NCBI GenBank assembly: GCA_040376455.1
Contig: JBEIQP010000003.1
Coordinates: 1-58,330 of the forward strand
DNA: 58,330 bases
From: Planctomycetaceae bacterium
GTDB lineage: Bacteria > Planctomycetota > Planctomycetia > Pirellulales > UBA1268
Direction of reading: 5' to 3'
The first letter of the stretch is position 1. Each line of letters begins with the position of its first letter. The position numbers and the translations under genes are program-made. The notes under the pieces were generated by a model. The model did not search any database. It was not told the DNA's origin and worked only from the letters and a program-made list of their open reading frames with translations. Shown piece by piece: positions 28,955-39,295 of this stretch.

Positions 28955-29539
28955 TCAGCGCAGATCGATGCCGTCCTCCCGGATCCCGTCGGCCGCGGAT
29001 GGCGTGGCCGCGCCGGAGAAGACGAGCGTGACGGCGGCCATGCCCAGCCCGAACAGGATGATGAGCGCGAGCGCCACTCCCATCAGGCAGCCGGCGCTGG
29101 CGTCGTCAGTTCGCAGCGCCGCCAACTGGGCAGCGCTCAGCGTGCCCGGCCCCGCGGCTTCGCTCGCCGCGTCCGGCTCCGACTGGTGTCGGTTCACGGA
29201 CCGATCGAGGGCCAGCAGGAAGCTTCTTGCATGCCGGAAAAACAGGATCGGAAACGCCACCGCGACACCGAGACAGACGCCCAGGGCCGTCTCGTGCGAC
29301 GCGCCCAAGCCGAGCACGAAGAGCGCGTAGAGGGCCCCGGTGCCGATCACCGTGGCGCCATAGTTGATGTAGATCGATCCGAGATAGAAGCCGGGCTCCC
29401 GGGTCAGGGGAAGGCCGCAGGCCGCGCAGGCATCGTGCATGCGAAACCAGCCGCGAAACAACGGGCCGACGCCGCACCGCGGGCATGCCAGCCGCACGGC
29501 CCGCATGACAGACTGCGTCCGCGACGGCTGGTGATCCAT
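28955..29539 (-). CDS. DUF983 family membrane protein
   Basis: CPRCGVGPLFRGWFRMHDACAACG, REPGFYLGSIYINY, TM helices. Confidence 0.85.
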   Translation of the reverse strand: MDHQPSRTQSVMRAVRLACPRCGVGPLFRGWFRMHDACAACGLPLTREPGFYLGSIYINYGATVIGTGALYALFVLGLGASHETALGVCLGVAVAFPILFFRHARSFLLALDRSVNRHQSEPDAASEAAGPGTLSAAQLAALRTDDASAGCLMGVALALIILFGLGMAAVTLVFSGAATPSAADGIREDGIDLR

Positions 29540-29675
29540 GTCGGTGCCGATGGTGGAAACGCGGCGGAACCGACGATCCCCTCCGCGGGTGCCGCCGCCG
29601 CCCGGCTCCCATGATGACGCAGCAGAGCACGTTTTTCGAGCCGCCGGCAGACGGAGCGCCTGCGGCGCGACGCAT

Positions 29676-30707
29676 TCAGCCGGCCGCGGGCCTGCGGCCG
29701 AGTTCGAGCACGCCCCGCCCGAGCGGCAGGGCACGATGGTTCACCATCACGAAGCCGAGATCGCGGACCCAGCCCGCGATCTCCCCGGGCGCGTAGAGCC
29801 GGCCCTGCGTGACGCCCGCCAGCAGGACCGAATACTCGGCCGCCCAGAGCGGCCCGGTCTTCGCATCGTCGAGAAACATGTCGAGCACGATCATGCGGCC
29901 GTCGGGGGGCAGACAGTCCGCGCTTTTCCGCAGCAGGCGGCGGCATTCCGGTTCATCCCAATCGTGGAGCACGTTGGCGAACAGGTGCCGATCGTGGCCG
30001 GCGGGCCAGGGGTCGGTGAACATGTCGGCCCGGACGACGCTGACGCGATCGGCGCAGCCGGCGGCGGCGACGGTGCGGCGGGCGATCGCATCGACCGGCG
30101 CCGCTTCGAGCACGCAGGCCCGCAGGGTGCGGGCGGCCTCCGCGCAGGCGATCGCATACACGCCCGACCCGCCGCCGAGGTCGAGCAACCCCCGCACGGG
30201 CCGCCAGTCCACCGCGGCGGCCAACGCCGGGGCCAGCACGCGGCCGCGGCAGTCCATGGCGGCCGTGAACGCCTCCGCGAACGCCTCGGTTCGCATCGCG
30301 GCATGCCAGTCGGCCTCCCCTTGCTCGCCCGGCCAGTTCGCCGGTTTTCCCGACCGCAGCACCTTCAGCCACTCGGCGACCCCCGGCTTGCCCGCCATGC
30401 TCGTGTAGTAGGGCCGCGCGTCGAACGGCGCTCCGGCCACGAGAAATTCCCGGCCGAGCGGGCTGGTGCGAAACACGCCGGCCGCATCGCGCTCGACGAA
30501 GCCGTTGGCGGCGAAGAGCGTGAGCATCGCGTCGGCGGGCCGGGCGTGCAGGCCCAGCGCCTTGCAGACCGCGGCGAGATCCCCCGGCTGGCGGTCGAGG
30601 AGCGTGAACAAGTCGAGATCGGCGACGGCCGCGCAGAGGCAGTCCGCGGCCGCGACGCTGTCGCGGTAACGGTAGATCGCGGATGGATCGTGGGCGGGTG
30701 GGTGCAC
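29676..30707 (-). CDS. SAM-dependent O-methyltransferase (family 2, with dimerisation domain)
   Basis: LLDLGGGSG, ADMF, FANVLHDW. GTG start. Confidence 0.9.
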   Translation of the reverse strand: MHPPAHDPSAIYRYRDSVAAADCLCAAVADLDLFTLLDRQPGDLAAVCKALGLHARPADAMLTLFAANGFVERDAAGVFRTSPLGREFLVAGAPFDARPYYTSMAGKPGVAEWLKVLRSGKPANWPGEQGEADWHAAMRTEAFAEAFTAAMDCRGRVLAPALAAAVDWRPVRGLLDLGGGSGVYAIACAEAARTLRACVLEAAPVDAIARRTVAAAGCADRVSVVRADMFTDPWPAGHDRHLFANVLHDWDEPECRRLLRKSADCLPPDGRMIVLDMFLDDAKTGPLWAAEYSVLLAGVTQGRLYAPGEIAGWVRDLGFVMVNHRALPLGRGVLELGRRPAAG

Positions 30708-30828
30708 GAGACTTCAGACGGGCGAACGCGGCTGCAAGTGTGCGGGATTATGAAGGCCCGCGCCACCGTTTGGATAGCCGACGGTGGCACACGCCCGCCA
30801 CCGCGGGAGGCGGCGGCCGCGACGCGGA

Positions 30829-31260
30829 TCAACAGCAGCCGGTGCCGCCGACGCCACAGCGGTCGGGCGCGAGGCAGGCGGTGTGCTTCGTGCCCAGGTA
30901 GAGAAGCAGGCCGGACGGCGTGACCTCGACCCCGCCCAGCGGGTACTGCGAGACGACCCCGGCTTCGTACTCCACCTCCACCGGCAACGCATCCGAGCGG
31001 AGGATCGGACCGGCGGCCTCCATGATCTTCGCCAACTTGGTCGTCTCCAGGCGGTGGTCGAGATCGTCGGCCACCCAGACCTGCAGCACGCACGCGCTGC
31101 TCGACCGCACCGTGCCGCCGCAATCGATGAAGTCTTTCTGGACGCGGCCGACCTCGGTGATGTGGTAGTGCGCGGGCACAAAACTCCTGTCCGGGAGCAT
31201 GAAGTGCATCTTCACGCCCGGATGGGCCTCGAGAACCGCCCAAAATTCCTGGACCGTCAT
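30829..31260 (-). CDS. DUF6428 family protein
   Basis: VPAHYHITEVGRVQKDFIDCGG, LQVWVA.D..HRL, VEVEY, KHTACLAPDRCG, C-terminal CC. Confidence 0.85.
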   Translation of the reverse strand: MTVQEFWAVLEAHPGVKMHFMLPDRSFVPAHYHITEVGRVQKDFIDCGGTVRSSSACVLQVWVADDLDHRLETTKLAKIMEAAGPILRSDALPVEVEYEAGVVSQYPLGGVEVTPSGLLLYLGTKHTACLAPDRCGVGGTGCC

Positions 31261-31398
31261 CGTTTGTCTCCTCCGCCGCGATCCGCCGCCCGGCTTGCCG
31301 TGGGACCACGGACACCGGAGCCGGCGCGTGCATTGCCATCCTGTCGCGATCCATTCTATTCTTCGGGATCGCCCTGCCGCTCGACTTCGGAACCTCCC

Positions 31399-33105
31399 GT
31401 GAACTCCCCGCACGTGCAAGCGACTCTCGAGCGGCTCGTGTCCGGTGCGGCGCGTTTCGCGGGCACCGGGAGCGACGCCCGGGCCGAGCTCGCCCGCCGG
31501 ACGGCGCTGGCCGTGGTGGCCGTGGCCGACAGGTGGGCCGAGGAAGCCGCCGCCATGAAGCGGGCGGCTCCCGGCGCCGGCTCGGCGCTCGCCGAGGAAC
31601 TGGCCACCGGACCGATGGCGACCGCCCGTCTCTGCCTGCTCCACGCCGGGGCGCTGCGCGACATCGCCGCGAACGGCCTGCCGCGGGTGGCGTCTCCTCC
31701 GCGGCGGCTGCATCCCGGCCGTCGCTCGGCCAACGGCATTCCCGCGCCCCTGGTGGGCATCGACGTGCTGCCGGCCCGCGGGCCGCGGGGCTCGCTGCAC
31801 GATGGCACCATCTATGACGGGCTCGAGGCGACGGTCCGGTGTCACGACCCCGGCGGCCTCGCCGCCTTTGAGCGGTCGTGGCGACGGGAGGTGGAGGAAC
31901 GGCCGCGAACCGGTGGGGTGGCCCTCGTGCTCGGCGCGGGTAACGTGACGGGCCTGGGCCCGGCCGACGTGCTCGCGCAGGTCTTCGAGTTCGGCCGGGC
32001 GGCGCTGCTCAAGCTGCATCCGCTGCACGCGGCGCTGGAGCCCGTGCTGCACGCCGCGCTCGCGCCGCTCGTCGAGGCAGGGCTCGTCGGGATCGTCACC
32101 GGCGGCGCCGATGTGGCCCAGGCCACCATCGCCTCCCCTGAGGTGACCCACGTGCACTTCACCGGCGGCCAGGTGACGTACGAGTCGATTCTCTGGGGTG
32201 GGCCGCGGCCGGCCGATCCGCACGCCGCGCCGGTGCTGGCCAAGCCGTTCACCTGCGAGCTGGGCAACGTCACGCCGTGGTTCATCCTGCCCGGTCGGTA
32301 CGCGCCGGCCGCGCTCGCGTTTCAGGCCGATCAGGTGGCGACGTCGATCGTCAACAACACGTCGTTCAACTGCATCGCCACCAAGCTGGTCGTCACGTGC
32401 CGCGGTTGGGAGCAGCGCGACGCGTTTCTGGGCTTGGTGCGGCGCCGGCTGGAGTCGATTCCCACGCGACCGGGCTGGTATCCGGGTGCCGCGGGCGCCT
32501 GGGAAGAGGCGACCGGCCGCACGGCACCCGCCGATGGCGACCTGCCGTGGGCCTTGCTCTCGGACATCGATCCCGCGGCCGACGACCGGCTCCTGCGCCG
32601 CGAGTGGTTCGCCCCGGTGGTGGCCGAGGTGCCGCTCGACGCCGGAAGCCTCGCCGAGTTCTGTGGCCGGGCGCTCGAGTTGTCGCACCGGCTTCCGGGT
32701 TCGCTGGCGGCGAGCCTGACGATTCCCGCGGGCCTGCCCGCCGCCGAGCAGCAGCACGCCGAGCAGGTGGTCGATCACCTCGCCTTTGGCGTCGTCGCGG
32801 TGAACACGTGGTCGGCCCTCGGGTATTCGGTCGGCATCGTGCCCTGGGGCGGATTTCCCGGAGGCACGCTCGAGGCCCCGAAGAGCGGCCTCGGTTTCGT
32901 GCACGATCCGCTCCTGCTGCCGCTCGTGCACAACTCCGTGATCCGGGGCCCGCTGTATTCGTCGCGCCGGCCGGCGTGGTTCGCGTGGCACGGCGCCGGG
33001 CCGCGTCTTGCGCGGGGCGTCGTCGAACTCTACGGCCGATGCGCAGCCGGCAAGAGCGGCTTGTGGACGCTGGCGAAGATGCTGCCGGCGGTGCTGAAGG
33101 GATAG
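31399..33105 (+). CDS. Aldehyde dehydrogenase family protein
   Basis: LVLGAGNV, HVHFTGG, CELGNVTP (catalytic Glu), SFNCIA (catalytic Cys), EWFAPV. Confidence 0.88.
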   Translation: MNSPHVQATLERLVSGAARFAGTGSDARAELARRTALAVVAVADRWAEEAAAMKRAAPGAGSALAEELATGPMATARLCLLHAGALRDIAANGLPRVASPPRRLHPGRRSANGIPAPLVGIDVLPARGPRGSLHDGTIYDGLEATVRCHDPGGLAAFERSWRREVEERPRTGGVALVLGAGNVTGLGPADVLAQVFEFGRAALLKLHPLHAALEPVLHAALAPLVEAGLVGIVTGGADVAQATIASPEVTHVHFTGGQVTYESILWGGPRPADPHAAPVLAKPFTCELGNVTPWFILPGRYAPAALAFQADQVATSIVNNTSFNCIATKLVVTCRGWEQRDAFLGLVRRRLESIPTRPGWYPGAAGAWEEATGRTAPADGDLPWALLSDIDPAADDRLLRREWFAPVVAEVPLDAGSLAEFCGRALELSHRLPGSLAASLTIPAGLPAAEQQHAEQVVDHLAFGVVAVNTWSALGYSVGIVPWGGFPGGTLEAPKSGLGFVHDPLLLPLVHNSVIRGPLYSSRRPAWFAWHGAGPRLARGVVELYGRCAAGKSGLWTLAKMLPAVLKG

Positions 33106-33113
33106 CCGCCACC

Positions 33114-34172
33114 ATGCCCTGCGATGCGACCGACACGGCTCCGGCCGCCTGGGCCGTCGATTTCACGGTCGGCCCGGCGATCACGCTCCCGTCCGGCGAG
33201 TCGCTCGATCGCGACGCGTTTTTTGGCTGGCTGTGGGAGCAGGGGGCCGCGCACGGTCTGCAGGGGATCTGCGAGGGGACGGTCGCGGCCGACGAGGCCG
33301 CCGCGCTTGGCCTCGCGGAGTCGTCCCGGGTGATCGACGCCGCCGCGGCGCCCCCCGACCGCGACTGGGTCGGCAGCTTGGCCGAGCCGCTGGTGACCTG
33401 CTGGTTCGGCGACGAGCCCGCGGCCCGGGCCGTTGCCGCGCAACTCGCCGAGGTGCAGGGCTGCTGCCTGCAGGGCATCCGGCGCGAGCCGTGGCCCGAC
33501 CAGGAAACCGACTGGAGACGTTCGTTCCAGCCGATCGACGTGCCGGGATTCGGCGTGATCCGGCCCGCATGGGAGGAGGGCGTCGCCGAGGCGACGCCCC
33601 GCGGTGCCAGCGTGTTCATCGAACCTGGCGCCGGGTTCGGAACCGGCCTGCACGAGACCACGCAACTCTGCCTGGGAGCCCTGGCCGACTGGACGCGGGA
33701 GGGCGGCGCGATCGCCCGGGTGCTCGATTTCGGCAGCGGCTCCGGCATTCTCGGCATCGCCGCCGCCGTTCACGGGGCCCGGGTCGTGGACGCCGTCGAG
33801 ATCGACCCGCTCGTGCATGATGCCATCCGGGCCAACGCCCACCGCAACGGCGTGGGCGATCGCGTGCGGGTCTGGCGCGAGATGCCCCTGGCCGAGGCAC
33901 GCGACGACCTCGTCCTGGCCAACATCGTCGCGTCGGTCCTCCTGAACCACGTGGACCGTCTCTGCAGCCGGCTTCGCCCGGTGGACGGGGGGCCGCCGGC
34001 CGGGTGCCTGGTGCTCTCCGGCCTCCTGGCGGACGACCTCTCGGCCGTGTCGGAGCGTTATGCGCTCGCGCTCGGCACCGCGCCGCTCCACACGTCCATG
34101 GGCGAATGGAATTGCTTGAGGTTCGTGATGCCCGACGCCCGGACCGTCGGCAGGAAGGGCGAACCCGCCTGA
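33114..34172 (+). CDS. prmA: Ribosomal protein L11 methyltransferase
   Basis: DWRRSFQP, IEPGAGFGTGLHETTQLC, VLDFGSGSGILG, VLANI, LSGLL. Confidence 0.9.
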   Translation: MPCDATDTAPAAWAVDFTVGPAITLPSGESLDRDAFFGWLWEQGAAHGLQGICEGTVAADEAAALGLAESSRVIDAAAAPPDRDWVGSLAEPLVTCWFGDEPAARAVAAQLAEVQGCCLQGIRREPWPDQETDWRRSFQPIDVPGFGVIRPAWEEGVAEATPRGASVFIEPGAGFGTGLHETTQLCLGALADWTREGGAIARVLDFGSGSGILGIAAAVHGARVVDAVEIDPLVHDAIRANAHRNGVGDRVRVWREMPLAEARDDLVLANIVASVLLNHVDRLCSRLRPVDGGPPAGCLVLSGLLADDLSAVSERYALALGTAPLHTSMGEWNCLRFVMPDARTVGRKGEPA

Positions 34173-34351
34173 GCCGCCGGGAGGGCCGGCGTGCGGTCAA
34201 GGTGTCGGTGTCGTTCCGGGGCGGTGGAATCTGCTTTGGTTTCCTTGGTCCGGCACGGCCCGTATGGTTTTCGACGAGGTCTCTCCGCACGGAAACGTGG
34301 GAGTGGGGTACGGGGCAGAACGCCAGTCGCTGCACCCGACCGGCGGAACCC

Positions 34352-34699
34352 ATGCTCAATCGCAGTGCTGTCGTGATTGGTCACGAAGCGGCCTTCTACG
34401 GCTGGCTCAAAACGACCGGCATCACGGACAAGGTGCTCGCGGAGCGGAAGCATGTCGCCGAGAGGGTGCTGTACTTGATCCCGGCCTGCCACTACCCCGA
34501 GGAAGTCGAGGAGGTGGTCGAGAACCTGTTTGAGGAAATCTTCCGGCGGCAACTCGCGCTCTGGCAGCCGGACGACACCGTCTGGCCCGACACGGCCGAC
34601 TTCAACCTCTTCACCCGCTGGTGCACGGTGGAGGGTTTTTCGGTGGTGGAGGACGTGGGACAGGGCGCTGTCGGGGAAGAGCTTGCAGACGGTCCGTGA
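34352..34699 (+). CDS. Conserved-type hypothetical acidic protein
   Basis: MLNRSAVVI..F..WL, YLIP, FEEIFRRQLALW..D..WP, F.RW pattern with coding-like codon usage. Confidence 0.75.
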   Translation: MLNRSAVVIGHEAAFYGWLKTTGITDKVLAERKHVAERVLYLIPACHYPEEVEEVVENLFEEIFRRQLALWQPDDTVWPDTADFNLFTRWCTVEGFSVVEDVGQGAVGEELADGP

Positions 34700-34726
34700 C
34701 GACACCCCGCCCCGCGTCGGCGGCGG

Positions 34727-35617
34727 TCACGGCGCGACGGGCTCGATCCGCAGCATCGGCTTGAGCTCCCGATAGGTGGCCGGCCCGATGCCATCGACCT
34801 CCAGTAGGTCGGTGAGCCGCCGGTAGGGCCGCCGCTCGATGATGCGGTTGGCCAGCGTCTCCCCCACGTGCGGCAGCCGCATGAGGTCCTCCCGCGAGGC
34901 CGTGTTGGGGTCGATCACGAATCCGGCCGGCACGGCGGCGTTGTCCAGTGCCCGACGCAATTCCCGCTCCTCGTCGCGCTCCAGTCGCCGCTCGACGGGG
35001 AGGGTGTCCCAGTCGGTGTGGGCCCAGATGCCCGCGCCCCGCTGCGCCGCCTGCAGTTCGTGGTCGGCGAGAAACTCGCGGTAATCGTCCGCCGACTCTC
35101 CGGACCGCGTGGATCGGCTCACGCCGTAGGCTCTCGCCAGACCGGCCGAGACCAGATGCGCGGCGAGGTCATGGCCCTCGGCATCGAACACGAACGCGTA
35201 GATCCGCTTGAAGCGGCCGTCGCCCCGGGCATCGGCGAAACTCGTGTGGACCGTGAAGGGCCGGGCCAGAAACCGCCGCGTCTCGTCGGTCGCCTGGCGG
35301 GCGAGATCCTTGGCCAGGGCGATCGACTCGGCTGCGTCGGCCCGCGCGTTCGTGATCCCGAAATACCGCCGCTGGCCCCGGAGCCGGCGGGCGTCGGTCT
35401 CGCCGCTCACGTGGTGCTCGAGGCAATCGGCCCCGTAGAGCCGGATCGTTTGCACCTGGCCATCCGGGGTTCGCACCGGAAAACTGTCGCCGTCCGCCCA
35501 GGCCGCATCGATCAGCGTGCAGCCGTCGATCACCTCCAGGTCCTCGGCGCGCGCCGCGGTGAGAGCCAGCACCACGGCCACGGCGCAGCATCGCAGGATC
35601 GTCGCGGTCGGCTTCAT
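34727..35617 (-). CDS. Secreted thermonuclease (SNase-like) fused to a ComEA-like helix-hairpin-helix domain
   Basis: Signal peptide, DGDSF, IRLYGADCLE, LVSAGLAR, GAGIW, then IDPNTASREDLMRLPHVGETLANRII..RPY..LLEVDGIGPAT. Confidence 0.88.
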   Translation of the reverse strand: MKPTATILRCCAVAVVLALTAARAEDLEVIDGCTLIDAAWADGDSFPVRTPDGQVQTIRLYGADCLEHHVSGETDARRLRGQRRYFGITNARADAAESIALAKDLARQATDETRRFLARPFTVHTSFADARGDGRFKRIYAFVFDAEGHDLAAHLVSAGLARAYGVSRSTRSGESADDYREFLADHELQAAQRGAGIWAHTDWDTLPVERRLERDEERELRRALDNAAVPAGFVIDPNTASREDLMRLPHVGETLANRIIERRPYRRLTDLLEVDGIGPATYRELKPMLRIEPVAP

Positions 35618-35707
35618 GAATCCTCCCCCTCCAGGAATGATACTCTCCCGCCACGCGACTCCCGCGGGGCCCGACGGCAGGGCGGTCGCGCGGCGTGGCG
35701 TGCTGCG

Positions 35708-37153
35708 TCAGAACGTGGCGTTTGCCCGCACGCCATACACGAAGGCGTTGTCCGTGGAGATCGCCCCCAGCCCCGGGCGAATCCACTGGAGATCGGGTGT
35801 GATGTTGAGCCACGGCGTAGCCTGGATGTTGTAGAACCACTCGACGCCGATGCCGTTTCGCGGTCCGAACAAAGCGGTGGGCACCGGCCCGAACTGGTCG
35901 CTCGCTCCCACGAGGAACCAGCCGAGCCCGAACGTGTCGCCCCGCTGCCGCCCGAGGGGGCTGAAGCCGCCGACGCCGGTGCTCAAAAAATAGCGGATCG
36001 GATTCGGATTACCGTCGGCGATGGAAGCCCGGCCGAACAGGCCCCAGCCCCGGTCGGGATTGTCGGTGTAGCGGACGAAGTACTGGTCGAAACCGTAATA
36101 CATGACCCAGGAGTCCCACAGTGTCCCAGCGGCATCCACCGGTGGCTGGTAGTCGGGCTGCGGAGGGCTGAACACAAACCGCAGGTCCCGCTGCTCCTGG
36201 TGCTTCCAGACGCCGCCCACGTGCTGCTGACCCGGGAGGTCGAACAGCATCGTCTTCGCCTTGATCTCACCGCCGATGATGATCCCCTGATTGAACAGGT
36301 CGCCAAACTGCATGAAGTCGGCCGTGCGGTTCTTGGGATCCATGACGAACATCGCCACTCCGCCCCAGTCGCGAGGCGAGACGATCCCCGCGGTGAAGAA
36401 CGAGTAGGGCATCCCGAGCAGGTACGACGGATTGGCGATGAGCGCCTGGTTGACGAACTGTTCGGTGCCGTCGCTGCCGGCGAAGACGTCCTGGTCGAAG
36501 GAGCCGAGCACGTCTTTCTTGCCGCCAAACACCACCCAGTTCGGCGACAGGGGTTGCGTGAAGAGGATGTTGGTGATGTAGGGCACGCCCGGATCGTTCG
36601 GCCGCGGTGGCAGAAGGGCGGGAAACACCGCCGGCGTGAAGGCGCCCGTCCGCAGCGACACGTTGCCGTACTCGCCGTACCACTGTTCGGCTCGCACGAG
36701 CAGCCGCCCGTGGGGCAGGCCGCCGAACTTCTCGAGGTCGAAGACCGCGTCGTATTCACTCCGCCCGGTGTAGCGGAAAACGTCGCCCTCTCCGAGTGGT
36801 GGAGGGACCGGCTGATCGATGCCGCCGGCGAGCCCGAAGCCAAACTGCGTGACCCGGCCGCCGAAGGTGATTCCCGACTCCTTGGTCGAGAACCAGCGGT
36901 CGAATGCGTCGCCCGTCACCGTCTTGGGGCCGAACGCATCGGGCGTGTCTTCGCGGAGCCCTCCCGCGGCGGCTGGGGCCGCCTCCAACGAAGGCGATGC
37001 CGGATCATCGGGAAGCAGATCGATGGAATACGGGGAGGCGAGCCGTTCGGTGACGACCTGCCCGCCGTTGCCCGCAGCATCCTGCGCATCGCTGCGCGTC
37101 GCCGCCAGTGTCAGCAGCAGCCCGAAGACGATCGACGGAGCGGGGAGTTTCAC
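35708..37153 (-). CDS. Carbohydrate-selective porin (OprB family)
   Basis: Signal peptide, DLEKF, EQFVNQAL, YYGFDQY, WGLFGR, EWFYNIQATPWLNITPDLQWIRP, terminal F. Confidence 0.9.
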   Translation of the reverse strand: MKLPAPSIVFGLLLTLAATRSDAQDAAGNGGQVVTERLASPYSIDLLPDDPASPSLEAAPAAAGGLREDTPDAFGPKTVTGDAFDRWFSTKESGITFGGRVTQFGFGLAGGIDQPVPPPLGEGDVFRYTGRSEYDAVFDLEKFGGLPHGRLLVRAEQWYGEYGNVSLRTGAFTPAVFPALLPPRPNDPGVPYITNILFTQPLSPNWVVFGGKKDVLGSFDQDVFAGSDGTEQFVNQALIANPSYLLGMPYSFFTAGIVSPRDWGGVAMFVMDPKNRTADFMQFGDLFNQGIIIGGEIKAKTMLFDLPGQQHVGGVWKHQEQRDLRFVFSPPQPDYQPPVDAAGTLWDSWVMYYGFDQYFVRYTDNPDRGWGLFGRASIADGNPNPIRYFLSTGVGGFSPLGRQRGDTFGLGWFLVGASDQFGPVPTALFGPRNGIGVEWFYNIQATPWLNITPDLQWIRPGLGAISTDNAFVYGVRANATF

Positions 37154-37165
37154 GACGCGGAACCC

Positions 37166-38620
37166 TCAGTAGGCGGCGACGATCTGGGCTCGCACGAGCA
37201 GGCCGGTCTGCCCGGCCACGAAGCCGGTCCGGTTCTGGCCGGCAGGGGAGTTTTCCAGCCAGGCCGCGTCGAACGTGAAAAAGAGATTGTCCTTCCCCGG
37301 GAGGAAGAACTGGTTGAAGCCGCCCCCCAGTTCGTATCCGCCGCCATAGGCCCCGGTGACGTACGACGTGCGGGCGTAGACCTCGGTTTCACGAGGCACC
37401 AGGAAATAGCCTCCCTTCACGAAGCCTCCGAATGCCGAGGTGGAGCTGATCGGCAGCGGCCCGGTTCCCTGCAGGCCGAGCAGGTCCTGGAAATAGAGTT
37501 CCGTAGACAGGCCCAGGCCGCGGTACTTCCAGGCGAGATCGATCGCCGCCAATGAGATGTCGTACGAGAGGAGCGTGACACCGGGGGCGAGCGCGCCCGG
37601 CGTCGTGATGATCGTGCCGTCCGACAGTCGGATGGGGGAGTTTTCGACCGCGTCGCTCGCGGACTGGCTGCCGCTGCCCAGCGCGTAGGTGTAGGAGCCG
37701 CCGAGCCGGATCGCGGCCTCCTGATGGTGCTGGAGATCGGAGTAGCCGCGGCCGAACTCACCCCACGGCTCCCACCAGGCCGACCCGGACCACGCAAAGC
37801 GGTTGTTGAGTTCCTCGGGCCGCAGGTTGAGCGTGTTGAAGCCGTTGGACACCATGGCGTGATAGAAGACGTCGTCGAGCGGCTCGCCCGTGATCCACAT
37901 GCCCTGGCTCAGACTGGGGCGGAAGAAGGTGGTGGCCATGGTGCGGTCGGCACTCTGGAGCGGAGCGAAGGCGCTCTCGATCCACTCCCGCGAGCCCGGC
38001 ACCTTGGATTGCCCGACGTAGAGCTCGAGGGCTTTGCTGAACCGATAGCTCAACCAAAACGCCCGGAAGCCGATCGGCTGGTCGGTGACCGAGTTGTAGT
38101 CGATGTTCAGCAGATAGGAGAGCCGGGGCAGGAGCGCGTTGCCTGAGAAGATCAAGCGTCCGCGCGGGATGCCGAAGTAACTCGAGTTGAGGATGGGAAT
38201 CTGGCTGCCCGCGCTGTCGATCCAGAACGGCTCGGCCCGGGAGAAGCCGTCGTAGCGAAACATGTTCTGATTGCGGATCCGCAGCGAATACGGCGTCTCG
38301 TCTGGATCGCGCGGCAGGATTGCGAACCCGTCGTCGTAGTCCACGCGAAACCGGTTTTCGGGCGAGGCGGCGGCGCCCCCCGGCCAGGCCGTGCAGCCGG
38401 TGCAGGACGATCCCTCGTCGGCGAAGTCGTCCTCCCACTCCTCGGGGATCGGCGGCGGGATCGCCTCCACGACGACCTCTTCCGCCGCGCCCGCGGCCCC
38501 TGTCACGGGCTCATCCGCTCGAACAGCCGATACGCAGGCGGCAATCGCGATGCAGCAGCCTGCCCACGGTGCGAGGCGTTTGGCCGGCCGGCGGGGCCGG
38601 GTCTCGAGAGAAGGCGTCAT
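37166..38620 (-). CDS. Outer-membrane porin (OprO/OprP-like)
   Basis: Signal peptide, YDDGF, RGRLIFSG, VGQSKVPGSRE, DRTMAT.FFRPS, YHAMVSNG, DLAWKYRG, terminal aromatic residue. Confidence 0.8.
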   Translation of the reverse strand: MTPSLETRPRRPAKRLAPWAGCCIAIAACVSAVRADEPVTGAAGAAEEVVVEAIPPPIPEEWEDDFADEGSSCTGCTAWPGGAAASPENRFRVDYDDGFAILPRDPDETPYSLRIRNQNMFRYDGFSRAEPFWIDSAGSQIPILNSSYFGIPRGRLIFSGNALLPRLSYLLNIDYNSVTDQPIGFRAFWLSYRFSKALELYVGQSKVPGSREWIESAFAPLQSADRTMATTFFRPSLSQGMWITGEPLDDVFYHAMVSNGFNTLNLRPEELNNRFAWSGSAWWEPWGEFGRGYSDLQHHQEAAIRLGGSYTYALGSGSQSASDAVENSPIRLSDGTIITTPGALAPGVTLLSYDISLAAIDLAWKYRGLGLSTELYFQDLLGLQGTGPLPISSTSAFGGFVKGGYFLVPRETEVYARTSYVTGAYGGGYELGGGFNQFFLPGKDNLFFTFDAAWLENSPAGQNRTGFVAGQTGLLVRAQIVAAY

Positions 38621-38967
38621 GGTGTGGCAACAACTCCGTCGAACCCACCTCGCCCGGACCCCAGACGGCACGCGTTTGAATGGGTCGGTCCCGCAGGGCG
38701 GCAGCCGCCGCAGAACCGCCACGTGTCGCCTCCATCGGCCGACCCTGCGGGTTGCGTGAACTTTTTCGCCTCTCCGGCCTGGAGGGACGCCCGGCTTCGC
38801 CCCCAGTTTGCCCAGCCCCCGCGATCCCGTGGCAGGGCAACCCCGGCGACCAGTTCCGTGCACGGGGCCGGGCACGCTTCACAAGACCTGGCCCAGGACG
38901 TGGGGAAGGCGGCCGTTGAACGACTCGATGACCGCATTACCCGTGGGCTCTCCCGGTCGTGCCGGAG

Positions 38968-39215
38968 TCACTCCACCGTCCGCTTGAACTGGTTCCGATC
39001 CTTCGCGGGCGTCATGCCAGTCAGGCTGCTCCAGAGCCGCGTGAAGTGGCTCTGGGAGGAGAAACCGAGATCGAGAGCGACGCCTGCGAGTGAGTCGGGC
39101 CCCTCCTTCAACACGTCAAGGGACCTGTCGATCCGGCGAAGGTTGATGAACCGGTGCAGGCTCAGACCCATCGAGGGCCTGAACTTGCTGGCGAAGTGAC
39201 TCTGCGAAAGGCTGC
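38968..39215 (-). pseudogene. Truncated AraC-family regulator (HTH-only remnant)
   Basis: LSQSHFASKFRPSMGLSLHRFINLRRI..SLAGVALDLGFSSQSHFTR..GMTP. No sensing domain or convincing start; upstream sequence belongs to the divergent DUF3127 gene. Confidence 0.75.
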
Positions 39216-39295
39216 GTGTGATACGCTTTTGAATCACCAGCCCGCTGGGGAGCGGTGCCTGAGCCCGACCACGGAACACCACAGGCCAACACTCC

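Noticed and set aside
38682-38751. Mutually exclusive pairings (gggtcgg/ccgaccc vs cccgcaggg/ccctgcggg) upstream of the porin
   Set aside because: 7-9-bp GC-rich stems are plausible by chance, and no recognisable aptamer or terminator is present.
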